Assembly (NCBI RefSeq): GCF_004010195.1
Contig: NC_057718.1
Coordinates: forward strand, 21,247,612 to 21,311,611
Reading direction: 5' to 3'
Length of the DNA: 64,000 nucleotides
From: Chiloscyllium plagiosum
Taxonomy: Eukaryota
The position numbers were made by a program, and so were the translations under genes. Of the stretch, positions 39,859-51,099 are shown piece after piece; the stretch's first letter is position 1, and each line of letters begins with the position of its first letter. The notes under the pieces were generated by a model. The model was not told where the DNA came from, did no database searches, and worked only from the letters and a program-made list of their open reading frames with translations.

Positions 39859-40734
39859 NNNNNNNNNNNNNNNNNNNNNNNNNNNNNNNNNNNNNNNNNN
39901 NNNNNNNNNNNNNNNNNNNNNNNNNNNNNNNNNNNNNNNNNNNNNNNNNNNNNNNNNNNNNNNNNNNNNNNNNNNNNNNNNNNNNNNNNNNNNNNNNNNN
40001 NNNNNNNNNNNNNNNNNNNNNNNNNNNNNNNNNNNNNNNNNNNNNNNNNNNNNNNNNNNNNNNNNNNNNNNNNNNNNNNNNNNNNNNNNNNNNNNNNNNN
40101 NNNNNNNNNNNNNNNNNNNNNNNNNNNNNNNNNNNNNNNNNNNNNNNNNNNNNNNNNNNNNNNNNNNNNNNNNNNNNNNNNNNNNNNNNNNNNNNNNNNN
40201 NNNNNNNNNNNNNNNNNNNNNNNNNNNNNNNNNNNNNNNNNNNNNNNNNNNNNNNNNNNNNNNNNNNNNNNNNNNNNNNNNNNNNNNNNNNNNNNNNNNN
40301 NNNNNNNNNNNNNNNNNNNNNNNNNNNNNNNNNNNNNNNNNNNNNNNNNNNNNNNNNNNNNNNNNNNNNNNNNNNNNNNNNNNNNNNNNNNNNNNNNNNN
40401 NNNNNNNNNNNNNNNNNNNNNNNNNNNNNNNNNNNNNNNNNNNNNNNNNNNNNNNNNNNNNNNNNNNNNNNNNNNNNNNNNNNNNNNNNNNNNNNNNNNN
40501 NNNNNNNNNNNNNNNNNNNNNNNNNNNNNNNNNNNNNNNNNNNNNNNNNNNNNNNNNNNNNNNNNNNNNNNNNNNNNNNNNNNNNNNNNNNNNNNNNNNN
40601 NNNNNNNNNNNNNNNNNNNNNNNNNNNNNNNNNNNNNNNNNNNNNNNNNNNNNNNNNNNNNNNNNNNNNNNNNNNNNNNNNNNNNNNNNNNNNNNNNNNN
40701 NNNNNNNNNNNNNNNNNNNNNNNNNNNNNNNNNN
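39859..40734. other. Assembly gap (N run)
   Basis: Direct read of the sequence. Confidence 1.
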
Positions 40735-42118
40735 GGTCCAGGAAGTGGAGGGAGGTGTCAGAGATGGTCCAGGTAAATTTAAGGTCAGGGTGGAATGTGT
40801 TGGTGAAGTTGATGAATTGCTCAACCTCCTCGCGGGAGCACGAGGTGGCACCAATGCAGTCATCAATGTAGCGGAGGAAGAGGTGGGGAGTGGTGCCGGT
40901 GTAATTACGGAAGATCAACTGTTCTACGTAGCCAACAAAGAGACAGGCATAGCTGGGGCCCATACGTGTGTCCATGGCTACCCCTTTGGTATGGAGGAAG
41001 TGGGAGGATTCGAATGAGAAATTGTTAAGGGTGAAGACCAGTTCGGCCAAACGAATGAGAGTGTCAGTGGAAGGATACTGTTGGGGACGTCTGGAGAGGA
41101 AAAAACGGAGGGCTTGGAGGCCCTGGTCATGGCAGATGGAGGTGTAGAGGGAGTGGATATCCACGGTGAAGATGAGGCGTTGGGGGCCGAGGAAACGGAA
41201 GTGATGAGTATGTGCCATTCGTGAGTTTTACTGGTTTTTCCTTCACAAAAATAAAGTAACATTGGAAAAAGGATATTATTGGCTGACAATAAGAAAATTA
41301 ATTGAAGAAGCACATTTTGACTTCAAAATTGCTAAGTCTCCCCCCTTGGTCTTTCAACAAAGGACCTCCTGTTGGATCCAATTAATCTGTTTGTGGTCAG
41401 ACTGTTCAACAGAGGACTGTGCACTCATCTGACAATCTGGGTAACACAGAACAACATTTTCTTTTCCATTGAATAACCACCTCCTTCGGTGTAGTAATAA
41501 AAAAAACTTAGATCAAATCAATCCGGTTAAGAGTTTAAGAGCCAGATTAAACAGCTTATTAACATCTTGAGACGTATTTGCACTATACACATTTCATATC
41601 AAGATACTGCACACCAAAAGGGGAATTTGAGATTTTTGTAGTTTCAAAGCCTCAACAAAGTTGTTATGCAAATCAATAAGGAAATAAAAACAGATATACA
41701 AAAATAAATCAAAAACAGTGATAGGGTAGAATTAATATTCCCACCTTTATAAGATCGCTACGGTACCAAATGCCCAAGGACAGCACCAATTCTGATTCAA
41801 CACTTCAAAAGATGGCAATCATTAAAATTACTGCACTATGTTCACAAATATGTTGTCTTCTCACACTCAATCCTTTTTTTACTTGAATCCCAATTACAAT
41901 GTGTGTTGGATTGGAAATCTTGCACTTGATTAAAAAAATTTCTACTTAAGAATCATCCAGACTTAACTAAATTACAGATACAGCACTGCCCAAGGCACAT
42001 GGGAATTATGGTCATAATGCAGCAATAGAACATTGTTCTCAAGTTAGAGTTAAATTTAACGTAATTCACCAGCTGGTAAACCTACAGCACTGCATGGATC
42101 CTTAGTTTTACAACTTAC

Positions 42119-42274
42119 CCAATATTGCATTCCACTGACTTCAACGAACTGTAAAATGGGCACAGTGTAAAACAGAATTTGTGCTGATGTCCTCAGTTTT
42201 CCAAGACATGTCTGCGTTTCCAATTGTCCACAATAATCTAAGAATTGTTCAAGCCAATTAAAAATCCTGTTTTT
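42119..42274 (-). CDS. Probable internal coding exon (156 nt, phase 0/0): KNRIFNWLEQFLDYCGQLETQTCLGKLRTSAQILFYTVPILQFVEVSGMQYW
   Basis: Acceptor ttattatgtgttttag and consensus donor TGG|gtaagt. The single open frame fills the exon exactly and the other two frames are closed. Non-repeat sequence. Confidence 0.72.
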
Positions 42275-44282
42275 CTAAAACACATAATAATTAAATGTTC
42301 AGGCACCTCAATCTGGACAATCTTCCCCTAAAACTCACTGTACGTTTTTTATTTCTTTTTAAAATTCCTAAAATCTGACATCTAAACGCTTCTGTGATAT
42401 TTGGTTTTCTTTATCACACATCTTGATGCCCGGAGACAGTATGTTACAGGGACTCAATCAATCAATCTGAATTAGAGACATAGAGATTATTGTAATCAGC
42501 CAAAGTCTGACTCTAGTCATGTTCTAGGTGAAGATGGAAATGTATAATTTGTATTATCCACCAGTGTAGATGGATGGATGAAATCAGAATAAGAAGTAGT
42601 ATTTTTGAATTCCTAGAGTTTATAGGTGACTTCCATAATTGATTTTCACGAATAGTTTAAATAATTGGATTGTCATTTAGCTTGATCATGCTCAAGTCCC
42701 TAACCTTTTCTTTTGAAGTTTAGCAATTTTCAAAGTGGAAAAACGATTTCCCCAAAAATGTCATAGCCACAAATGAGTGGGGAAAAGGATGTACAAAAGG
42801 TACTCATTTCAAATGAGGGCTTGAAAATCTTCTGGATTTGAAGAAAGTACATGCAACAAATGACTTTAAACAAAATACTAAGAATTTTAAACTTTAATGT
42901 GCTGTTGGCCTGTGAATGGGAAAGGGTGGCCAATGACTCTAACTTGATGCAGACTAAAAGTTGGACAGATGACCTTTAAATAAATGATGAAAATGATAGA
43001 AAAAGGGAGGTGATTAAGGAGAAAAGAAACAGCTATGCTGGGTTACAAAACATGGTGGTACAGTTGCAAATTTGGAACAGCTGTTTATTCACTCAAGCTA
43101 CTGATTTTAAATTGAAAAAAAGTGGAACATAAATTCAAAATGTGCCATCAAGCTACTTTAATTGCACAGATTGAGGATATCATTATGGTAGTATTGTGCA
43201 TCAAGAAAATCCTGCAATTTTTGCACTGTAATTTAGAAATATAGTACTTTTAGCAACAACCACGGGCGTAGACTACTTTTAATCACAGCAGTTGCCAAGT
43301 AGCAGCTACTAAAACAGAAAACACATCTTTTTTCTTTATTTGAATTGATACTAATACTTAATAGTTAAATATTAACTTTCTCACAAAGGATTGCTGATGG
43401 TAAAATACAGCCTGCTGCAGCATATTAGCTCAACACTTTTAGGAGCCATATGCCATATTAAACTAACAGGATAACTTCAGTTATTTATTTCATGCTGGGA
43501 AGATTTTTATTTAGATTGCATCACCCACCATCAGCAAGCATTCAACCTTCTCTCTCCTTCTGTCTTAAACTGGAAACCCTAACTCTTTTCAAGAGAGTGA
43601 TTTTTCTCTTTTAAAAAAAAGATAAGATTCATATTGGAATCTGAATATTCAACTTTGTTTCCATACAAAATCCATTTTCAAGGCCTTGGTTTTCTTTAAC
43701 ATGGTTTGAACATCACTTCTCAATTGTTGAAAAAAAACACTGCCCAACGATCCAATCACTCATTTATTTAAACAGAACATTTAGCAGTTGGGGCGGGGGG
43801 AGGAGTACAGAAGAGAATGGCATAGATAATGAATCCAGCTGTTGGAGACAGAAATGCTCTTAAGTACTGATGCCTTATTGTTTGAAAAACAGTAAATTAG
43901 GTCAAAAGCAAACCAAACCATTCAGTATAGTTGAAAAATCTACATTGAGTATTACCCTTCCAATTTCCCAAAATCTTTTTCACCTTTACAGAAACAGACT
44001 AATGTATTGCATATTTTCTACTTTCTGTTTTAACGCATTATGGTTCCTTTTCATGAAAAAAATACATCAGAAATAACAAAATTCTTCAACCCACAAGAAA
44101 CTTCCAACGATTTTGAAAATTAAATAATCCACAAAGTCAATGTTTAATGCTGCACCCACCCAGTACTGTTACAAAACCAAACAGCTGATACCCTGCATAA
44201 AGCAAAAGACTGTGGATTGGGGGAGAAAAGAAGTTCAAATTATTGTTGGAAAATCTAGGAAAAAACAAAGAGTACAAATTAG

Positions 44283-44371
44283 CAAAGTTGAAAAGTGTGG
44301 TACTAGAAAAGAACAGCAGGTGAGGCAGCATCTGAGGAGCACAAGAGTCAATATTTCAGGCATGAGCCTTT
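44283..44371 (-). mobile_element. PLE family B-related 3' stub
   Basis: Homologous to 31988-32084. TSD caaattag (44275-82 / 44372-79). Confidence 0.7.
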
Positions 44372-44660
44372 CAAATTAGGAGCAAGCCATGTGGTCCCCT
44401 CAAGCTTGCTCCACCATTCAAAAAAGATCATAGGTCGTCAGATTGTGGCAGAATTTTTATTGCCTATCCTTTAGTTTCTTCACCAGCAAGGACATCACTT
44501 TCCCTCTAACTGAATGGTATTCAATGATCTTGCCTCCACCAATCTTTGGGAAAGATAGTTCCACAGATTCAGTTTTAAAAGGAAGGCTTTTTTTTCCAAG
44601 CTGCGTCCTCTGGTGCTGGTCTCCCCCACAGTGAAAAGCTTCCTTTCAGCAACCACCGTA

Positions 44661-45020
44661 GAATCAATCTGCGAATCCCTACAGCGTGGAAATAGGCCAT
44701 TCAGCCCATGGAGTCCACACTGACTTTCTAAAGCGCATCCCACCCTGTCCCACCTCCCCATCCTCCCTCCATAACGGAGCATTTCCCATCTAATCTACCT
44801 AGTGTGCATATTCCTGGACTCTATAGGTAATTTAGTGTGACCAATCCACCTAACTGGCACATTTTTGTTCATGGGAGGAAACTAGAGCATCTGGAGGAAA
44901 CCCATGCACACACAGGGAAATGTGAAAACTCTACGCAGACAGTTACCAGAGGGTGGAATCGAACATAGGTTCCTGACACTATGAGGCAGCATGCTAACCA
45001 CTGCGCCACCATGCCACCCC
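44661..45020 (-). mobile_element. Older V-SINE
   Basis: Reverse-strand tRNA-like head and V-domain. Confidence 0.8.
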
Positions 45021-45176
45021 ACCTTCCCAAGACCCATCATGATCTTATATGCTTCAGTAAGACCATCTCTCATTCTTCTAAACTCCAATACTTAGAGGCC
45101 TATCCTTTCCTCATAAGATAACCCCCATCCCAAGAATCAGTCAAGTGAACCTTTGAATTGTTCGTAAATGCAAGTA

Positions 45177-45310
45177 CAGGGCATCCTCAATTATCCGATA
45201 ATTCAGAAGTTCGGAAAACACAGTTTACCCGAGCATCGGTACCTTGAGATTTTGTTCAGATAATCTGAAATTTGGAAATCAATGTTCAGATAATAGAGGT
45301 TGTACTCTAG
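45177..45310. mobile_element. Small Tigger/pogo-like MITE
   Basis: TA-flanked, with degenerate TIRs cagggcatcctcaattatccga / tcagataatagaggttgtactctag and internal inverted ttatccga/tcagataa motifs. Confidence 0.55.
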
Positions 45311-46383
45311 TACTTTTGAAAAAAATTATGATACTAAAGCTGGACACAATACTCTAAATGCGATCTCACAAGTACTCTGATACTTTACACAATGGTAGCA
45401 AAACATTATTGGTTTTATATTTTATTCCCCTTGCAATAAACACAAATATTCCATTTGCTGGACCTGGATACTAAATTTTATTATGCATGCATCAAGATTC
45501 CTCTATACTGCTTGAATACCTCTCCAATTAAGTAAAATGTTTCTTTAGGCTTCTTGCTGAAATGAACTAAGGTCATATTTTTCCCATTTCCTAATTTTTT
45601 TGCCCACACACTTAATCTATTGATAGGGTGTCCTCATTTAAAGCTCATTCCCATAGGAAATAAAACAGGAATTATGTTCACAGAAAAACAAAACCTGGAC
45701 CTTTTAAGTTAAATTTTATTACTTGAAATGAATGCGTTTCTACATTGTTAAGTTAAATAACAAAATAAAATCAAAAATACCCATAAAATGCAATATTTTA
45801 CTGACAGTACTTCCTGCAGACTTTCACTAATTGGGCTATTCCTTATGGGATCAATATTTATTCCTGGTCACAATCTAATATAGTCTTCTTGGGAGACTGC
45901 TGTGCCCTTCCTTGCTGGTTACCATTGACCCTCAGATTTGCTTACACCATTGCTCCAATGGCTGCTCATCTTGGCCACAAAGGGCCCCTATCTTTCGGCT
46001 GACATGTTGGGGAGGGGACACAGCATGTGGGACTACTGACAGAGGGGGGTGGGAAGCGATGGGGAAACACTGTTAACCAGCACTTGTGGTGGGGCGGTTA
46101 GACCAGACAATCTGGGACCTAGTGGGTGGTAGGGACTTTGTATTCAGATCCCATGTAGTGATACAACACCAGGCGAGGCCACAAATTGGAAGGCTGGGAA
46201 CATCCTCAAGTCAGAGGGGAAGTGGTCACACTAAAATGGTGCCAATCTTCAGATTCTGTAAAATACTGCCAGAAAGAATAATTTCATGAATCACGCGATG
46301 TTCCAGGAGATTTCCAACCCTAATAACTTCCTGATGTTAAAGTGAAAAAACATGAACCAGGGTGATATTATACACATAGAATA

Positions 46384-47037
46384 CAGGTAATTCTCCAATA
46401 ACGCGACTGTGATCCAGCAAACCCTCGCTAAGAGAAAATCTCATAATAAAAAAAATGAAGCCAACGGGAGGCGTGGGTCGGGGTTCCAGCCGAAAATGTA
46501 ACTCATGAGTGCTCAAATATCACCCAAAGTCTAATGCAAAGTATAGCACACCTGAATGAATGTTGAAATCATAATTATTCACGAAACAAACGTAAATTTA
46601 ACACAGTACATTCAGAAAATGTAAGAAAGCTGCTCTTTGTACAGTACTTCCCACAGAAAGCTGCCCCGTCTGCAGATGACATCGCAAATACAGGACGGCG
46701 CAAATACTTCAGCGTGGACATAGCGCATGTGCAAAACGGCATGAAGACTGGCACCGACATCACGCATGTGGGGGTATCAAAACTGTGCATTCACGGACAC
46801 TGACATCACGCATGCACGGACACCAGTAGATGTGCAGTACAGCGCCGCATGCGCAGAACGGTGCAGAGATTCGGCACGCACATCGGTGCATTCACAAAAC
46901 AAAGCATGCGAACTGATTCCGGCTGGAATCGCGCTATTGCCAACGGAGGTAAGCTTCTCTGAAATATCATTCACTAAATCTTCAGTGACATTAGCCAAAT
47001 CGTGCTGCTGAAATGCACGTTATACCAGAACTACCTG
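46384..47037. mobile_element. Non-autonomous Tc1/mariner (Tigger/pogo-like) DNA transposon
   Basis: TA TSD at 46382-83 and 47038-39. TIR caggtaattctccaataacgcg matches caggtagttctggtataacgtg (reverse complement of the right end). No transposase ORF. Confidence 0.8.
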
Positions 47038-47243
47038 TACCTGCACATTCCTTTGCAGACTTGCAATTTAGAAGTTATTTTGCTCTCTACCTTTCAAGAG
47101 ATTACCCAGATTGGGAATACAGCCAACTTGCATATAACAAGTTTCGAAAACAACACATCTTAGTACTCACTTTAACATTACATGCATGTACAGGATCCTT
47201 TACTTTTCCTATTCACCTGACTTTTTTCATTTGAAACATAGTT

Positions 47244-47529
47244 AAGATGGTCAAAAATCTAATGACACCAGGTTATAGTCTATCAGGTTTATTTGAAATT
47301 GCAAAGCTTTCAGCGCCCCACTCTTTCCTCAGGTGTGGTATGATAGGGAGGTACAAGACAGTATTTATAAGCTTATAAGTACTGTGTCTTGTACTCCCTA
47401 TCATACCACATCTTAGGGAGAAGCAGAGTTCCAAAAGCTTTCAATTTCAAATAAACCAGTTGGACAATAACCTGGTGTTGTTTGATTTTTGACCTTATAC
47501 ACCCCAGTCCAACTCTGGCACCTCCACAT
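47244..47529. mobile_element. PLE family C spacer-less palindrome
   Basis: Arms fold about ttataagcttataa (47365-78). Left arm carries CTGAGGA..GAAAgctt on the minus strand. TSD catagtt (47237-43 / 47530-36). Confidence 0.85.
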
Positions 47530-48049
47530 CATAGTTTAGATGGATGGGGGAAGATCAGTGCCAAGAGGTAAATGCCACAGTCGCAGCAGCTATTTGCACA
47601 TGTTATCTCAAGAAACAGTTCCTATCATAAATGTTACTCCAAACTTTAAAAAAAGCATGTTCATTCCATTCCAGAGATTGGAAATAGTCAGCTCCAGGAC
47701 CCTAGTTCTGGGTTACACTTTATTTAAAAGTGATAACTTCAAGTTTGAACATTTTCTGAACCAACCAATATAGCCCTTTTCATTCTATCCTTTCTCCTGT
47801 AGATTGAGAGTTACGATCTAATACAGCTCTTCAATCAATTACCACGTAGTAACATCAATAAGTATAACAAGATTTTGATTAGCATTCACTGCTAATTTTC
47901 AACATGTGTTGAGTTAATAATTAACTGCAGTCATTTTGATTCCTGTTCAAGTACATTTCTCTCAAAATTGCATCTCAGCTTAGCTCTGTGCTTTACATGT
48001 TTAATCAATGCACAAGCTTGTTGTAGGAAGGTCAATGTCATGCAATTTT

Positions 48050-48780
48050 TGTCCCCATCCTATGAATGGTAATGGCTATGCAGTTGATATTGTGCATATG
48101 GACTTTCAAAAGGCAGCTAATAACTTTTCACACAGCACAAATCTAGGGGTTAAACCAGCACAGACCATATGGATAAGACTGGTTAAGGAACATTTGAATA
48201 GAAACAGAAGTGTATAAAAGCAGGGAAGTTACGAAAAACCTTTTTAAATTAATATTTAGATTCTAACAGTATTACAGTCTATTCTAGGTACCATGCTTTA
48301 GAAGGATGTCCAAGTCTTACAGTGCAGAGGAGCTGTTTGAGAATGGTACTTGAGAAAAAAGGACATCACCTATGTGCAGAACACGTAACACTGGGTTCAC
48401 CTCATTACAAAAGATTAAGGGAATATTTAATAGGAATATTCAATGTTATGAAGTATTTTGATAGATGCTACTAACTTAGTCCATCTCCAGTCAATGATTG
48501 ACAACTGGAGAATACAGAATTAAAGTTAGTGACAAAAGTACTAAATGTAACATACAATAAAAGGAATATTTCATTATTTAACAGAGCAGGTTATGATGAT
48601 CTGAGTGCAACATGGGCAATAGAAGAAGTTTCAATAACTTTTCATCCAGTTTCCTTTTGAAATATTAAAAGGGGAAAAAATTAGAGGACCAGGGAGAAGA
48701 CTAGGGATATGGCAGTTGTTGGATTGCTCTTTGAATTGACTGAGTCAATGTCTCTTTCTGTGCTTCTTCATTCTCTGGTT
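48050..48780 (+). mobile_element. Very old CR1 relic
   Basis: ORF fragment AVDIVHMDFQKA (CR1 RT motif) followed by decayed 3' motifs. Confidence 0.55.
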
Positions 48781-48849
48781 ATATCATCTCAACTATGAAA
48801 GTATCAAGACTTAAAATATAGGTATATTTTGAACAAGCAGGCTATGTCT

Positions 48850-49039
48850 TCAAAGAAGCGCTTCGCAGGAGGCTCTCAAGCACTGATGATGTAAAGAAGC
48901 GCTTCGCAGGAGGCTCTCAAGCACTGGTGATGTCGCCTAGCCAGGGGACGAAACGTTTGCAACAAAAACTTCCAGCTCGGCGAACAGAACCACAACAACG
49001 AGCATCCGAGCTACAAATCTTCGCACAAACTTTGAATAC
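48850..49039 (+). mobile_element. PLE 3' end (family E, related to A) with HHR and a 41-bp tandem duplication
   Basis: gca CTGGTGA t gtcgcc tagcca ggggac GAAA cgtt tgc. The duplicated unit 48852-92 / 48893-933 has an intact CTGATGA in its first copy. TSD ctatgtct (48842-49 / 49040-47). Confidence 0.8.
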
Positions 49040-49809
49040 CTATGTCTGAAATTCAGTTCTCAGTGGAGAACTTGTACCATGCTAAAAGTCAATTTATTTT
49101 GTTTTACCAAAAATAGCCTCTCAATATCATTCCACAGCATTATCAAGCTTGCATCTGTTACACATTTCATGACAAGTTCAATATTTTAATGCAAAGCAGG
49201 AAGGCTTCCTCATCTTAATATCAAATTGCAAATAATTAAACTTACCCAGCTCAAATCAGGTCATCATTTCAGAATGTCAATACTGACTTAAACAAAAGGT
49301 GAGAAAAAGTCAGTGCTGAAAACAGCAAGGATGCAAATATGAGAAACAGATGTTCATTTCTTACACAGAAATTACAGCATAGAAACACGCCAATCTCAAT
49401 AGGCCTATGCCACTGTTTCTTCCAATCTGCCGTCAAATCACCCTATCAACGTGGACTTATTTAGTTTCCTCTTAAGTGCACTTATTGTTCACCTTTAACA
49501 CTCCATGTGCTCAAGACTTCTTACTTATCAAGTAGGTGGGGAATGGCAGTTTAGATTCTTCAAATTGCATGAGACAGCTGTTAATGCTTCCTGAGATCTA
49601 CGTCATGCTTTTCACAGCAGTTTCAAAACAGGTTTAGAAAACAAATCAATGCACCTTTTTTAAAACGAATGAACATGGAATTTTCTACTGTGATTTTGTA
49701 TCCATTTTTACTTTTTGTTTTACATTCCATTATTTCCAAGTTAAATGTGATGGCTAAACTTTTTTGAAGAAAAAAGCAAAAGCCATTACTACACAGATGG
49801 AAAATATTT

Positions 49810-49851
49810 TAGCAACACAATAACAATAGCAACACAATAACAATAGCAACA
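49810..49851. repeat. 17-bp tandem repeat, about 2.5 copies (tagcaacacaataacaa)
   Basis: Direct read of the sequence. Confidence 0.9.
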
Positions 49852-50042
49852 ACAGTCAGTAATTCAGACCTATCTATTGTCATTTAATTAAATCATTGCT
49901 AATCTGGATTTTAACTCCCATCTGCCCGTTCATGGCTTTTAATAATGTTTGTCATACAAAAAAAATCCAAATCAACTTTAAAATTCTCAAATGACCTGGC
50001 CTCAACAATTAATTCCATATTTCTATATATGAGATACAGTCA

Positions 50043-50337
50043 GAATCATAGAGATGTACAGCATGGAAACAGATCCTTCCGTTTAACTCGTCCATGCCGA
50101 CCAGATATCCCAACCCAATCTAGTCCCACCTGCCAGCATCTGGCCCATATCCCTCTAAACTTATTTATATACCCATCCAGATGCCTTTTAAATGTTGCAA
50201 TTGTACCAGCCTCCAGCATTTCCTCTGGCAGTTCATTCCACACACATATCACCCTCTGCGTGGAAATGTTGCCCCTTAGGTCTCTTTTATATCTTTCCCC
50301 TCTCACCCTAAACCTATGCCTTCTAAATCTTGACTCC
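50043..50337 (-). mobile_element. CR1 3' fragment
   Basis: ORF RGERYKRDLRGN..VWNELPEE..AGTIATFKRHLD. Confidence 0.92.
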
Positions 50338-51099
50338 TAGTTTCTTTTCCTTCATCATTGTTCATTTGTTTTTGGACAATCATGTGACACCAAATTTCCA
50401 ACAGTAACAAGAATTTCTTGCTAAATCCAGAACCTAGCATTTTTATGCTGGGGAGTACAATCACAGTCCTATAGCAGTAGTAAAATATCATTGCGTAATA
50501 TCTCGTCTATTTATCTGGATAGACATTAAAAACTTAAACATCAAAAAATGTTTTTCACAAGACTTTTAATACAAAGGTGCATGATTCACAATCACCCAAC
50601 ATAGGACTCTTAAATTTTATTACTCAATAGTTTGTAAGTTATTCAAAATACATAACAAGAAGTATTATATTCTATGCTCGAGATCATCAGCACAATGTAA
50701 GAGTAGGGTTGCTATTAACTTAAAGTTGAATAATATTTCTCAGGGTTGAAGAGATTACTTTGATCTTAGAAGAAAGAATGGACTGAGCAGACTAAGGTCA
50801 GATGAGTGCAGAAGGCCTTAGCTCATCATTAAGGGGATTGGAAAGAAATGAATCACTACCTTTCAGCATATCAATGTTGGTGGGGGGACATCAGCACTGC
50901 TTAAATGTTTATGAACCCTTCATGAAGCAAAAGTAAATTGGATCAGTGAAGTATTGTAAAAGGTTTTGTCTAAAATACTTTCACAATAAGATATAACTAT
51001 ATCATTCTGTTGTGACTGTATGCTTACATTGTACTATCCAAACACTCCATGTGAGTACTTTTGAGGAATCCACAATCTTATCCATAAATTAACTACAGA

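Larger units (their letters stand above)
39725..41206 (-). mobile_element. PLE family B, 5'-truncated and gapped
   Basis: RT motifs FTVDIHSLYTSI, MGPSYACLFVGYVE and FLRYIDD. TSD agtatgtg (39717-24 / 41207-14). Confidence 0.92.
44375..45600 (-). mobile_element. Old CR1 relic hosting a SINE and a MITE
   Basis: Minus ORF pieces EFRRMRDGLTEAYKIMMGL and LFTVGETSTRG..NLWNYL. Confidence 0.6.

Noticed and set aside
46575..47011. Overlapping 70-80 aa ORFs on both strands
   Set aside because: They lie in the GC-rich core of a non-autonomous DNA transposon and show no transposase motif.
49256..49316. Good minus-strand splice pair (ttttcag ... TGG|gtaagt)
   Set aside because: All three frames contain stops, so at most it is a non-coding or poison exon, with no support.
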